This document shows, one piece after another, positions 40,132 through 50,508 of a DNA stretch of 64,000 bases. The position numbers were made by a program, and so were the translations under genes. Origin of the DNA: a bacterium (GTDB lineage: Bacteria; Patescibacteriota; Patescibacteriia; JACQRZ01); contig JAHFJA010000002.1 in NCBI GenBank assembly GCA_023246095.1, positions 39,489 through 103,488 of the forward strand, written 5' to 3'. The notes beneath the pieces were generated by a model. It made no database searches. It worked only from the letters and a program-made list of their open reading frames with translations, and was not told where the DNA came from. The first letter of the stretch is position 1; each line of letters opens with the position of its first letter.

Positions 40132-43100
40132 TTATTCCTGCTCTAGTGATGGCGGTTGCGCTACCTGGCCATCCTTCAAGAGTTCGACATCTAACGCAAG
40201 ACCTTTGAGCTCGCGAACGAGCACGTTAAATGCTTCAGGGACGTTTTGTTTGATAATTTTTTCACCCTTGATAATTGCTTCGTATGCTTTCGAGCGACCC
40301 TGGACGTCGTCGGATTTGATCGTCAAAATTTCTTGCAGCGTGTGTGCTGCACCGTATGCTTCCAACGCCCATACTTCCATTTCTCCAAAACGCTGACCAC
40401 CTTGCTGAGCTTTACCTCCCAAAGGCTGCTGAGTAATCAACGAGTACGGACCAATTGAACGCTGGTGAATCTTATCTTCAACCATGTGATTAAGTTTAAC
40501 CATATACATAACCCCCACCACTGTTGGCTGATCAAATGATTCGCCGGTACGGCCATCATACAGTTGTACTTTCCCGTTGGTCGGATGATTCGCTTTAGCA
40601 AGTTCTGCACTAATGATGTCTTCCGGAATACCATCGAGAACCGGTGTTGCAACTTTATACCCCAGCGTGTTGGCAGCCAGACCAAGGTGGATTTCGAGAA
40701 TCTGTCCAAGGTTCATACGTGAAACAACACCCAGTGGACTCAACATGATATCAATCGGCGTTCCATCCGCCATGAACGGCATATCTTCCTGAGCTACCAC
40801 ACGAGAGATAACACCTTTGTTTCCGTGACGTCCCGCCATCTTATCACCAACCTGAATCTTACGAAGGTTTGCAACCGTAACTTGGACTGTCTTAAGTACT
40901 CCCGCGGTAAGCTTATCCCCTTGTTCACGTGAAAATATTTTTACATCAATAACTTTTCCGCGTTCTCCGTGTTCAAGATAAAGAGAAGAGTCGCGAACAT
41001 CTTTTGCTTTTTCTCCAAAAATTGCGCGCAATAATTTTTCTTCCGGCGATAATTCAGTTTCACCCTTCGGTGTAATTTTTCCTACAAGAATGTCGCCCGC
41101 TGATACTTCTGCACCGACGCGGACGATACCATCTTCATCAAGGTCTTTGAGTTTTTCTTCAGACACGTTTGGAATATCGCGAGTGATGATTTCAGGACCA
41201 AGTTTTGTGTCGCGCACTGCCAATGTGTAGTCTTCGATGTGAATAGAAGTGAATCGATCACGCTGAACAAGCCGTTCTGAAACAAGAATAGCGTCTTCAT
41301 AGTTACCACCCTCCCATGACATGAATCCAACCACGACATTTTGTCCCAGAGCAAGCTCTCCCCCTTCAGTGGCGGGACCATCTGCCAACACCTGTCCTTT
41401 TGTCACGCGGTCATTGAGACTAATGATTGGTTTTTGGTTTATACATGTGGAGTTGTTTGATCGTTGAAATTTTACCAAGTCATAGTTGTACACTTCATTG
41501 TCGTCTCCCTGAATACTGATCCGATCCGCTTCAACTCCTACAATCGTTCCATCAGCATCCGCAATAGCCAAGTGCCCTGAGTCATATGCAGCACGAGCTT
41601 CAACACCTGTTCCAATAATCGGTGACTGTGGACGCACCAAAGAAACGGCCTGACGTTGCATGTTTGTTCCCATCAATGCACGAGTTGCATCGTCATGTTC
41701 CAAAAATGGAATCAATGAAGTCGCCACACTCACAATCTGGTTCGGTGCAACGTCCATGAAGTCTATATTATGAGTGTTATCAATGGACGGATAACCACGA
41801 CGACGTACTTCAGCACGATCGGTGAGGAAATAACCTTTTTCATCAATAGGAGTCGTTGCGGCAGTAGTCGTATACTTTTCTTCCATGAATGCATCAAGAT
41901 GCACGATCTCCGCTGTTGCGCGAGGGTTAACCCAGATATGAGAAATCGCGTCTTTATGAGTTGCAAGTTTTTTTGCAAGACTGTCAGTCACCTGTTCGCC
42001 TGCCTTTGCAAGAACTTCACCGGTTGAAGGATGTTTGACTTCTACTCGAATAATTTCCCCAAGGGTCTGTTCCTCGTTGTTTTCAATCTTTGATTTCACG
42101 CGACGATAGGGTGTTTCAATAAACCCAAACTCGTTCAAACGAGCGTATGATGCCAAGTGGCCTACCAAACCAATGTTTGGACCTTCAGGAGTAGCAATAG
42201 GACAGATACGACCGTAGTGAGTTGCGTGCACGTCACGAACTTCAAAACCTGCTCGTTCACGAGAAAGTCCTCCTGGCCCCAATGCCGACAAACGACGTTT
42301 GTGCTCAAGCTCTGCAAGCGGATTCGTCTGATCCATGAACTGGGAAAGCTGAGATGACATGAAAAATTCTTTCACCGCACCAATGACCGGTCGTGCGTTG
42401 ATAAGTTTTGTTGGACTTAGATGATCAATATCTAATGTGCTCATACGATCCTTAACGATGCGCTCCATACGCACCAGACCGATACGAAAACGGTTTTGAA
42501 CCTGCTCACCAATAGCGCGAATACGACGATTGCCAAGGTGGTCAATATCATCGGGTTCTTTTTGTGAATTGTTGTATGAAATGATTTCGCTAATGACATG
42601 AGCGACATCTTCAGGACGCATAATACGTCCATCTTTTTTACGTGCAGGAATATCTTCATCAAAACGCTGGTTCATTTTATGGCGTCCTACTGCACCCAAA
42701 TCATATCGGTCAAAACGGAAGAACATATCGTGCACAAGCTGACGTGCATTTTCTGGTGTTGCCATGTCTCCAGGACGCACGCGACGGTAAATTTCAACCA
42801 GTCCGCTGGCTTCGTCGGTAGCCGTATCTTTCAAAAGAGTGGCTTCTATGTGTTGGTTGTCAGGGTGTGTATCGACAGCCTTGAACAAATCAATGATCTG
42901 TTCACTCGATCCATAGCCCATAGCACGGAGAAGTGAGGTTGCGGCAACTTTTCTCTTGCGATCAATCTTTACCCAGATGACATTGTTTTCATCGGTTTCA
43001 AATTCAAGCCACGCACCACGGTTTGGAATGATTTTTGCACCATAATAACTCCGTTCTGAACCACGGAGATGCTCTGAAGTAAAAAATACTCCCGCTGAAC

Positions 43101-43503
43101 GGATAAGCTGTGAGACGATAACGCGTTCCACTCCGTTAATCACAAACGTTCCCCTATCCGTCATGATAGGAAAATCACCCAAATATATGTCTTGTTCCTT
43201 AACTTCCTCAGTACGTTTGTTTATCAAACGTGTCTTTACCCACAGTGCACTTTCAAATGTAAGATTCTTTGCACGACTTGTTTTTTCGTCAAACTTCGGT
43301 TCGTCGAGGTAATAGTCTAAAAAATATAATTCGATGTCTCGTCCAATGAAATCCTTGATAGGAGAAATTTCATCGAGAAGCTCGCGTAACCCTGTGTCTA
43401 AAAACCAATGATACGAATCGCGCTGCACTTCGATGAGATTAGGGAGCTGCTGGATGTTATGCTCCTTAGTAAAGTACTTCCGACGGGAAGGAGTCGTCGC
43501 CAT
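40132..43503 (-). CDS. rpoB: DNA-directed RNA polymerase subunit beta (start at MATTPSRR; ORF extends to 43530)
   Basis: Conserved beta-subunit blocks (GEMEVWALEAYGAA and others); directly upstream of rpoC. Confidence 0.97.
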   Translation of the reverse strand: MATTPSRRKYFTKEHNIQQLPNLIEVQRDSYHWFLDTGLRELLDEISPIKDFIGRDIELYFLDYYLDEPKFDEKTSRAKNLTFESALWVKTRLINKRTEEVKEQDIYLGDFPIMTDRGTFVINGVERVIVSQLIRSAGVFFTSEHLRGSERSYYGAKIIPNRGAWLEFETDENNVIWVKIDRKRKVAATSLLRAMGYGSSEQIIDLFKAVDTHPDNQHIEATLLKDTATDEASGLVEIYRRVRPGDMATPENARQLVHDMFFRFDRYDLGAVGRHKMNQRFDEDIPARKKDGRIMRPEDVAHVISEIISYNNSQKEPDDIDHLGNRRIRAIGEQVQNRFRIGLVRMERIVKDRMSTLDIDHLSPTKLINARPVIGAVKEFFMSSQLSQFMDQTNPLAELEHKRRLSALGPGGLSRERAGFEVRDVHATHYGRICPIATPEGPNIGLVGHLASYARLNEFGFIETPYRRVKSKIENNEEQTLGEIIRVEVKHPSTGEVLAKAGEQVTDSLAKKLATHKDAISHIWVNPRATAEIVHLDAFMEEKYTTTAATTPIDEKGYFLTDRAEVRRRGYPSIDNTHNIDFMDVAPNQIVSVATSLIPFLEHDDATRALMGTNMQRQAVSLVRPQSPIIGTGVEARAAYDSGHLAIADADGTIVGVEADRISIQGDDNEVYNYDLVKFQRSNNSTCINQKPIISLNDRVTKGQVLADGPATEGGELALGQNVVVGFMSWEGGNYEDAILVSERLVQRDRFTSIHIEDYTLAVRDTKLGPEIITRDIPNVSEEKLKDLDEDGIVRVGAEVSAGDILVGKITPKGETELSPEEKLLRAIFGEKAKDVRDSSLYLEHGERGKVIDVKIFSREQGDKLTAGVLKTVQVTVANLRKIQVGDKMAGRHGNKGVISRVVAQEDMPFMADGTPIDIMLSPLGVVSRMNLGQILEIHLGLAANTLGYKVATPVLDGIPEDIISAELAKANHPTNGKVQLYDGRTGESFDQPTVVGVMYMVKLNHMVEDKIHQRSIGPYSLITQQPLGGKAQQGGQRFGEMEVWALEAYGAAHTLQEILTIKSDDVQGRSKAYEAIIKGEKIIKQNVPEAFNVLVRELKGLALDVELLKDGQVAQPPSLEQE

Positions 43504-44012
43504 ATAGTGGTGATAAAACTTAGCCTGCACCGGTCGTGCTCCTATATATAGAGGTCACGGCTAAAAGCGCGAGCATGGAGAGTTAAAAAGGGTGCGCCCA
43601 TACCAGACAATAGGGCAAAAGGAAATCACTCCTCTCTTTTGCTTACTACTATCATACGGCTGCCACGATAAAAGCTATGTAAGAACAAAAAATGCCCACC
43701 CAACAGGGGTGAGGAATTAAACCCGACTAAAATGATTGTGCCAAACGTGAAAATCCCATGGTATGCTTCCTTCCTTTATTACAACAAGAAGCGGTGTGTA
43801 TAAGCCATACTACCAGAATTTCGGAGAAAGTCAAGGAGAATAGGAGCAAGTAGGGCTGTCAACAAGGACAAGAAGCACTATTCATTATATTTTAGGCCCT
43901 TAATCATAAGGTTTTCGTCCGAAAATACCTTGACATCGAGTCACTGCACACGAAAATGTATCAACAGTTGGACCCCCTTAGTGCACATGTTATCCACAGC
44001 CACGAATCCTTA

Positions 44013-45365
44013 TTATACTGAGGATTTGGTGTTTTGCTTGATTGCCAAACGTGCCTCTCTCCTCTCATCCCATGCCTCTTTAGAACCACCGTGCCCCATG
44101 ATTGCTTGTTCAGCACCCTTGCCTGTCAAAAGAACAAAATCGCCTGTTTTGGCCAAACTACAGGCCGTATTTATGGCCTGCCGTCGATCCTGTATCACGA
44201 AAAGATTCTGCCCTTCTATTTTACCACCCTCAATGGCACCTTCCGCAACCTGTCTCACAATAACCTCCGGGTCCTCATCATAGGGATCTTCATTGGTCAC
44301 AATGACAATATCTGCGAAACGAGCTGCCATACCTCCCAAGACAGGCCTGCGCGCTAAATCACGCCCACCACCCGCCGAACCCAAGACATGGATAAAACGT
44401 CCTGTAGACCCCTTATAGACCTTCTCGAGATAATCATAGAGCGCCTGCAACGATGCCGGCTCAGGTGCATAGTCCACTAGGACTCGATACTCTTGTCCTT
44501 CTTCGATCCACTCCATTCGCCCCGGCAGTCCATGAGTAGACTGAAGTGAATCACGAAGAGTATCAATGGAAATTCCCAACTCCTGGACTGTCACATAGGC
44601 CGCTGCACTATTATATACGTTAAATAATCCTTCTAAACCCGTCTGTATACGATATTGATCCAACTGGAATGATGATCCTTTCTCACTGAACTCAATATTT
44701 TTTATTTCATATTGATGACCAAGAGAGTGATTCACTAATGTGTTCACCCCAAATCCAACCTTCTTGTCTGCACCAAAACTAAGAAAATAGCCGGCGTGCT
44801 CATCGTCGGTATTGGCGATAATGACTTTAGGCACTGGATGACCATCAAGAGTCTTTCTATAGGACGATAAGAGCGTAGAAAATAATTTTGCCTTAGCCGC
44901 TTTGTACTTCTCAAAACCTCCATGCGACTCTATGTGCTCAGGGGTCAAATTGGTAAAAAGTGCAACGTCAACATCAATACCGGCAAGCCTCCCTTGCACC
45001 AAACCCTCCGACGAAACTTCTATAACAGCGTGGGTGCATCCGTCTTTCACCATATCGGCAAGAAGAGACTGTAATTGGCTGCGTCCCAACATTGTCATTT
45101 TTGATGTATTTACCCATTCTCGCTCCCCCACCCGAAACATCACACTACTGGCAAGACCAACCTTCTTACCCGCCGCTTTCAAGAGATCGGCAATAAGAAT
45201 ACATGTGGTACTTTTTCCATTCGTGCCCGTAACGCCAACCACGATCAATTTCCGTGAAGGAAAACCATATCTCCATGCAGCAAAAAAAGTAAGGACCGTA
45301 TGATAGAGACGGAATAGTCCTTTTGGCGCAACCGCACGAATAATGTTTTTTATAGTATGAATCAT
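44013..45365 (-). CDS. MurE-family Mur ligase homolog lacking the N-terminal domain 1 and with DNPR replaced by EDPY
   Basis: P-loop GVTGTNGKSTT at residue ~45; blocks VIEVSSEGL, FTNLTPEHIESHG, GRMEW, VDYAPEP align to the B. subtilis MurE blocks recalled from memory. Confidence 0.65.
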   Translation of the reverse strand: MIHTIKNIIRAVAPKGLFRLYHTVLTFFAAWRYGFPSRKLIVVGVTGTNGKSTTCILIADLLKAAGKKVGLASSVMFRVGEREWVNTSKMTMLGRSQLQSLLADMVKDGCTHAVIEVSSEGLVQGRLAGIDVDVALFTNLTPEHIESHGGFEKYKAAKAKLFSTLLSSYRKTLDGHPVPKVIIANTDDEHAGYFLSFGADKKVGFGVNTLVNHSLGHQYEIKNIEFSEKGSSFQLDQYRIQTGLEGLFNVYNSAAAYVTVQELGISIDTLRDSLQSTHGLPGRMEWIEEGQEYRVLVDYAPEPASLQALYDYLEKVYKGSTGRFIHVLGSAGGGRDLARRPVLGGMAARFADIVIVTNEDPYDEDPEVIVRQVAEGAIEGGKIEGQNLFVIQDRRQAINTACSLAKTGDFVLLTGKGAEQAIMGHGGSKEAWDERREARLAIKQNTKSSV

Positions 45366-45913
45366 ACACCAATAAGTTTACGAAAAACTTGCACCGTCGC
45401 TTTCACATCATCAAGCGCACGATGAGTGGGACGATGAGAAATATTAAAATACGACGACATGGATGCGAGACTGTAACTTGGTAAATACAGCACTTTCTTT
45501 GCAATAAGTCGCGTATCCAAAATATGCCTATATTCAAGTGGCATACTATGCCGTATAGCTTGAAAATGCAATATCGGCAAGTCAAACGCTTTAACATTCT
45601 GACCTCCTACGATCCCCTCACCCAAGAATGAATTAAACTCATTCAAAACCTCTCTCATGGGAACACCTTGCGAGCGTAACGTATCGGGGTCAAGATTGTT
45701 TACTCCAAACGCTCCCCTGTCAGGGATGCCATCAAAATACACATACCGATGAAACGGTATTCCCACCGGTTCTTCTTTGGACAAAAGTTCGCCAGGTGAA
45801 AATTTTAATGCTCCAATTTCCAAAACGTCGGTGCTTACCGCAAGACCGTTTGTTTCAAGGTCAAAAAAAATAACCGAGTAATCAGAGATAAGTTCATGGA
45901 TTTCTTGCATCAT
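45362..45913 (-). CDS. DnaQ-like 3'-5' exonuclease (DEDDh)
   Basis: Exo I VIFFDLETNGL and Exo III HRALDDV motifs; 4-nt overlaps with both neighbours. Confidence 0.8.
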   Translation of the reverse strand: MMQEIHELISDYSVIFFDLETNGLAVSTDVLEIGALKFSPGELLSKEEPVGIPFHRYVYFDGIPDRGAFGVNNLDPDTLRSQGVPMREVLNEFNSFLGEGIVGGQNVKAFDLPILHFQAIRHSMPLEYRHILDTRLIAKKVLYLPSYSLASMSSYFNISHRPTHRALDDVKATVQVFRKLIGV

Positions 45914-46869
45914 AATGATCGCTTTACATGGCGCAATAACGTATAGAGAATATATGGAAGTTTCTTAAATGGTATATCAAATGTTCCTGGATAGGTTATC
46001 ACTTCTCCCCCAAACCCTTTCTTGAATCGCGTTACCCCCGCAAGCGGATGAGTGGAACTATCATCAGGAGCTACGCCCCAGAAATCATAATATCTATATC
46101 CTACATTTTTCGCATCGACCATGGCCTGCCACTGTAACAGATACGGTGCCATAACTTCTTTGTGCTCTTGCGTACTCGCACCGTAAAGGTAATACATAGT
46201 ATCACCGAAACCCACCATCACTGCCATTGCCACAACGCTCCCTTGCCATTTTGCCTGATAGAGCGTGATATACGGAAAACTGGTCAGAAGTTTCTGGTAA
46301 TACTCGCGTGAATGCACTGATATCTTATTGCGCTTTGCCGTCTCACTGCTTAACGCCCACCACATGGCAAGTTCATCCGAGGTTATTTCATTATATTTTT
46401 TTGCCGCCACTATAACTCCTTTCTTTTGAGAAAGATGAATATTGTATCGCGTTTTTGGATGCATTACCGACAACAGTTCATTTTCTGTTTTTGAAAGATC
46501 AACAATGCGTGTGTGTGAAGGTTCCACGTCGCGAACATGCGTCGCTTTCATTGGTACAGACTCAATTGGTTCTATGCGCGCAAATTGTGCACCTTGTTCA
46601 TGTGACCATTTGATAAATTCTTTTGACCAGACATCGCTTGGTACACCAACAGGACCACGAGGACACATCAAATAAAACATGGTTCCCTTAAGAGGATACG
46701 CGATAGCCAGACAACGAACCGATTCTTTTTGTTCACCCCCTCCTAGATACCACACACGCCTCCCTAGTGATTTTTGAAATACTCCCCATTCATAGGATTG
46801 CAAAAACTGAGCATGGGGCTGTCCTGCTATATATGCATTCCATTCTTGTGGAGTACCGGAAAATTCCAT
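45910..46869 (-). CDS. FemAB-family peptidoglycan peptide-bridge aminoacyltransferase (FemX/MurM-sized, no coiled-coil insert)
   Basis: Blocks CPRGPV, YYLYGASTQEHKEVMAPYLLQWQAM and VTRFKKGFGGEV match FemA blocks recalled from memory. Confidence 0.75.
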   Translation of the reverse strand: MEFSGTPQEWNAYIAGQPHAQFLQSYEWGVFQKSLGRRVWYLGGGEQKESVRCLAIAYPLKGTMFYLMCPRGPVGVPSDVWSKEFIKWSHEQGAQFARIEPIESVPMKATHVRDVEPSHTRIVDLSKTENELLSVMHPKTRYNIHLSQKKGVIVAAKKYNEITSDELAMWWALSSETAKRNKISVHSREYYQKLLTSFPYITLYQAKWQGSVVAMAVMVGFGDTMYYLYGASTQEHKEVMAPYLLQWQAMVDAKNVGYRYYDFWGVAPDDSSTHPLAGVTRFKKGFGGEVITYPGTFDIPFKKLPYILYTLLRHVKRSL

Positions 46870-46873
46870 GAGA

Positions 46874-47455
46874 TTATCCTTTACTTAATAGCTGCAATGC
46901 CGCCTTGAGTCTGTTTTGCATACCAATAATGTCGGGAGACATTTCATTGATTACTATTTGGACATTATGGACGGAATATCCAAGACCTACCAACGCATCA
47001 ATCACATCGGCATCATCACGATACGATTGATCGCCATCCGTATCTACTCCATATTCTTTTGCCAAACGTTCTTTGAGTTCAAGAACGACACGCTGTGCTG
47101 TTTTTTGTCCAATCCCGGGAACTCGCTGCAATAAACTTGCATCGCCGTTGATGATGGCACTACGGAGATGACTCGAAGAAGCAACATTGAGTGCAGCCAC
47201 TCCTGTCTTTGGCCCCACCCCACTTACCGAGATAAGGTGCGTAAATAACTCAAGGTCTTGCTGATTTGAAAAACCATAAAGCTCACGCGCATCCTCACGA
47301 ATATGTTCGTGAATATATAACTGAAGTTGTTCACCCACCGATACCTCATGAGTAACAGAAAAAGAAGTATACACAATATACCCCACTCCATATACTTCTA
47401 ACAAAAGTGTGGGGGGCGTTATTGTGTGTACTGTACCGTTGAGATATCCAATCAT
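46874..47455 (-). CDS. ruvA: Holliday junction branch-migration complex subunit RuvA
   Basis: N-terminal OB domain MIGYLNG; HhH motifs SVSGVGPKTG and VPGIGQKTAQRVV. Confidence 0.9.
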   Translation of the reverse strand: MIGYLNGTVHTITPPTLLLEVYGVGYIVYTSFSVTHEVSVGEQLQLYIHEHIREDARELYGFSNQQDLELFTHLISVSGVGPKTGVAALNVASSSHLRSAIINGDASLLQRVPGIGQKTAQRVVLELKERLAKEYGVDTDGDQSYRDDADVIDALVGLGYSVHNVQIVINEMSPDIIGMQNRLKAALQLLSKG

Positions 47456-47460
47456 AATAA

Positions 47461-50376
47461 TTATTCCAAAGATACCTGTACGTTATAACTCTCAAGTTTT
47501 ATAGGAGTCATACTTTCTTTCGCTTCCCCTACAACTACTGATGATGCTGATACCTGACGAACAAGATCCTCGCTGTTTCGAAGTACGAGTTCTTCAATTT
47601 CCGCATCCGCATGAATAGTTACAACAACGCGATCTTGAATCGTCAGCCCTTTATCTTTACGTAACGCATTTATCTGTCGCACTATATCGCGAAGCAAACC
47701 CTCTTCTCTCAACTCTTCAGTTATCAGCGTATCCAACACAACAGAATAATGAGAGTCATCACTACTTTCTATTGTGGAACCAGCGGGAAGTTGTTCCACC
47801 AACTCTATGCGTTTCACGTTTACCTCTTCAGAAAGAAGATAGTATAGATCAGAATCAATTGAGGTCTTGGTGATGTACAGCGTGTTTAGTGGTTGTCGAA
47901 CCTTGATACCCGCTTTGGAACGAACTGAGAGGGCACGCTCGATCAATATGCGAACTGTTTCCATTTGTTCGATGTTTTCTCTATGCACGAGTTCGGGAGA
48001 AAATGCCGGCCATGTTTCCAAATGAACCGATGGTTTTTTTGCACTCCACGGGCCAAGACCTCGATATACTTCATCGGCCATGAATGGACATAGTGGTGCC
48101 AACAATTTTGCCGTCTCGCGCAAAATGAAAAATAACGTTGCCCCCGCGTCAATCCGGCTATCCGCCGATTCATCTTTGATGCGATCACGAATACGTCGAA
48201 CATACCATTGGGAAAGTTCGGTGATGAATTCAGACACTATTCGCGTAGCAGCAGACAGATCATAACTTTCCAACCTTTCGGTCATTTCTTGTACAGTAAG
48301 TTCAAGCCTTGATAGAGCCCAGCGATCAAGCGGGTCGCGAACCGTACTCATGTCATACCCTTCAAACTGTTCCGGTGTAGGAAAATACATCGAGTAAAAC
48401 GTAAATACATTCCAAAAAGTATTTACCACTTTGCTATATACTTCACGCACTTCCTTTTCGGAAAAATTTAAATCTTCAGATTTTACAATGGGCGATGACA
48501 TAAGATAAAACCGTAGTGCATCAGCACCATACTCATTCATCACCGCCATGGGGTCAGGATAGTTTTGCAATCGCTTGCTCATTTTTTGTCCGTCTTCGGC
48601 GAGCACAATGCCGTTTACCAAAACATTTTTAAACGCCTGCTTTCCTACAAACGCACTTGAGATGACGTTAAGATAATAAAACCAACAACGAGTCTGATCG
48701 ACACCTTCTGCGATAAAATCGGCCGGAAAATTAACTCCCCCTTCCGGATCAAAATCTTCCAGTGGTTTCCCCAGATAATGATTCTGCGCAAATGGCATTG
48801 ATCCGGAATCAAACCATGTATCCAACACTTCCGGAATACGATTCATCTGCCCCCCACAAGAACACGGAAAAACAATGAGATCAACAATGTGTTTATGAAG
48901 ATCGTTAACTTCTTGTCCTGAACGTTCTTTGAGCTCAGCCAATGACCCAATCACCTCCACTGTGTCACAGTGATCACACTTCCAAACAGGCATGACCGAT
49001 GCCCAGAACCGTTCTCTTGAAATCGCCCAATCGCGCGCACCTTCAAGCCACTGTCCCGCGCGACCCTCTTTTAGGTGTGTAGGAAACCAGTACGTCTTAC
49101 TATTGTTATCAAGCAATGTATCCTTTACTTGGGTCACTTTCACAAACCATGAAGACTTTGCGTAATTTAATAACGGAGTATCACAACGCCAACAGTGCGG
49201 ATATGAGTGCTCATATTTTTCTTTGGAAAACAGTAGTTGTTTGCTCGCTAAGTATTTGATGATTTCTACATCAGCCGCTTGATGATCATCTTTTGATTTG
49301 ACGAGCTGTCCTGCCCAATCCGTCACATCTGCAGTAAAGCGGCCATCCATACCAACGTGTTGAATAAACGGTAAGTCCTTTTCTAGTCCAAGACGATAAT
49401 CATCTTCACCAAACGCCGGAGCAATATGGACAACACCAGTCCCATCAGTGTCCGTCACAAATGAAGCAGCCTGTATCGTGTACAGCTGTTCACTATTTTT
49501 CAAATTCTTATCTTGAAAAAAAGGAAACAGTGGTAGATATGTTTTACCGATATATGATTGGATATCAATACTGTGTTGCAGTACTGTATATGGTTTGTCT
49601 GAAAAAACTTTTTCAACGAGAACTGATGCAACAATATACTTGCCTCCCTCCCACTGGACAAGGTCATAATTAATTTCAGGATTTATTGCCAGCGCAACAT
49701 TTCCCGGCAACGTCCATGGTGTCGTTGTCCATGCAAGAAAATGCGTATCAGGTGAATCAGTGAGAGTAAACTTGGCGATAACAGAAAGATCCTTAATTGT
49801 CTTGTACCCTTCCGCAACTTCTGAATGTGATAATGTCGTCTCACATCGCGGGCAAATATGCATCGACTTGTACCCTTCATACACTAACCCTTTATTCCAC
49901 AACTCTTTAAACACCCACCACACAGATTCCATAAACCCCAGATCCATGGTCTTGTAGTCGTTATCCATATCAACCCAGCGACCAAGCCGTCTGATATATG
50001 ATTTCCAGTCTTGAGCATACTCCAATACTTTCGAACGGCATTGTTCGTTAAACTTGTCGACGCCATAGGCGACGATGTCCTTCTTTGATTGGAACCCCAA
50101 TTCTTTTTCTACAAGATTCTCAATAGGCAAACCATGACAATCCCACCCCCACCGGCGAGGAACATTAAATCCTTGCATTGTCTTGAATCGAGGGATAACA
50201 TCTTTCAAACAGCTCGCCACGATATGACCATAGTGAGGTAACCCCGTTGCAAAAGGAGGACCATCATAAAATACAAACGTCGGCGATTCTTTTCGCTGAT
50301 CAAGACTTTTTTGAAATATCTGCTCCTCTTCCCAGAAGGCCAAGATACGTTCTTCCATTGATGGTATTTCTTTCAT
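47461..50376 (-). CDS. ileS: Isoleucyl-tRNA synthetase, type 2 (eukaryote/archaeal-like HYGH variant)
   Basis: HIGH-region PPFATGLPHYGH, KMSKRLQN (KMSKS) motif, 971 aa. Confidence 0.85.
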   Translation of the reverse strand: MKEIPSMEERILAFWEEEQIFQKSLDQRKESPTFVFYDGPPFATGLPHYGHIVASCLKDVIPRFKTMQGFNVPRRWGWDCHGLPIENLVEKELGFQSKKDIVAYGVDKFNEQCRSKVLEYAQDWKSYIRRLGRWVDMDNDYKTMDLGFMESVWWVFKELWNKGLVYEGYKSMHICPRCETTLSHSEVAEGYKTIKDLSVIAKFTLTDSPDTHFLAWTTTPWTLPGNVALAINPEINYDLVQWEGGKYIVASVLVEKVFSDKPYTVLQHSIDIQSYIGKTYLPLFPFFQDKNLKNSEQLYTIQAASFVTDTDGTGVVHIAPAFGEDDYRLGLEKDLPFIQHVGMDGRFTADVTDWAGQLVKSKDDHQAADVEIIKYLASKQLLFSKEKYEHSYPHCWRCDTPLLNYAKSSWFVKVTQVKDTLLDNNSKTYWFPTHLKEGRAGQWLEGARDWAISRERFWASVMPVWKCDHCDTVEVIGSLAELKERSGQEVNDLHKHIVDLIVFPCSCGGQMNRIPEVLDTWFDSGSMPFAQNHYLGKPLEDFDPEGGVNFPADFIAEGVDQTRCWFYYLNVISSAFVGKQAFKNVLVNGIVLAEDGQKMSKRLQNYPDPMAVMNEYGADALRFYLMSSPIVKSEDLNFSEKEVREVYSKVVNTFWNVFTFYSMYFPTPEQFEGYDMSTVRDPLDRWALSRLELTVQEMTERLESYDLSAATRIVSEFITELSQWYVRRIRDRIKDESADSRIDAGATLFFILRETAKLLAPLCPFMADEVYRGLGPWSAKKPSVHLETWPAFSPELVHRENIEQMETVRILIERALSVRSKAGIKVRQPLNTLYITKTSIDSDLYYLLSEEVNVKRIELVEQLPAGSTIESSDDSHYSVVLDTLITEELREEGLLRDIVRQINALRKDKGLTIQDRVVVTIHADAEIEELVLRNSEDLVRQVSASSVVVGEAKESMTPIKLESYNVQVSLE

Positions 50377-50508
50377 AAAAAAATAGACGATGATTACATA
50401 TCGTTATCCTACGACGAGAAGGCCGAAAAATCAAGTTATGCCCATGAAAATGACTCATTACTACTTCAAATATGCTATACTACAATATTGTCATAATATT
50501 ATTACCCT

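Noticed and set aside
36451-42936. Multiple plus-strand ORFs of 60-175 aa
   Set aside because: All lie antisense within rpoC or rpoB. Composition is typical of antisense frames of highly conserved genes.
43504-44012. Searched this long leader for SRP RNA (GGAAGCAGCC-type), RNase P (GGAAAGTCCGG) and tmRNA signatures
   Set aside because: No convincing match by eye. Left as an unexplained non-coding region rather than an RNA gene call.
43930-44283. 117-aa plus-strand ORF
   Set aside because: Overlaps the 3' part of the MurE-like gene on the opposite strand; Ser/Cys/Thr-rich translation with no start context.
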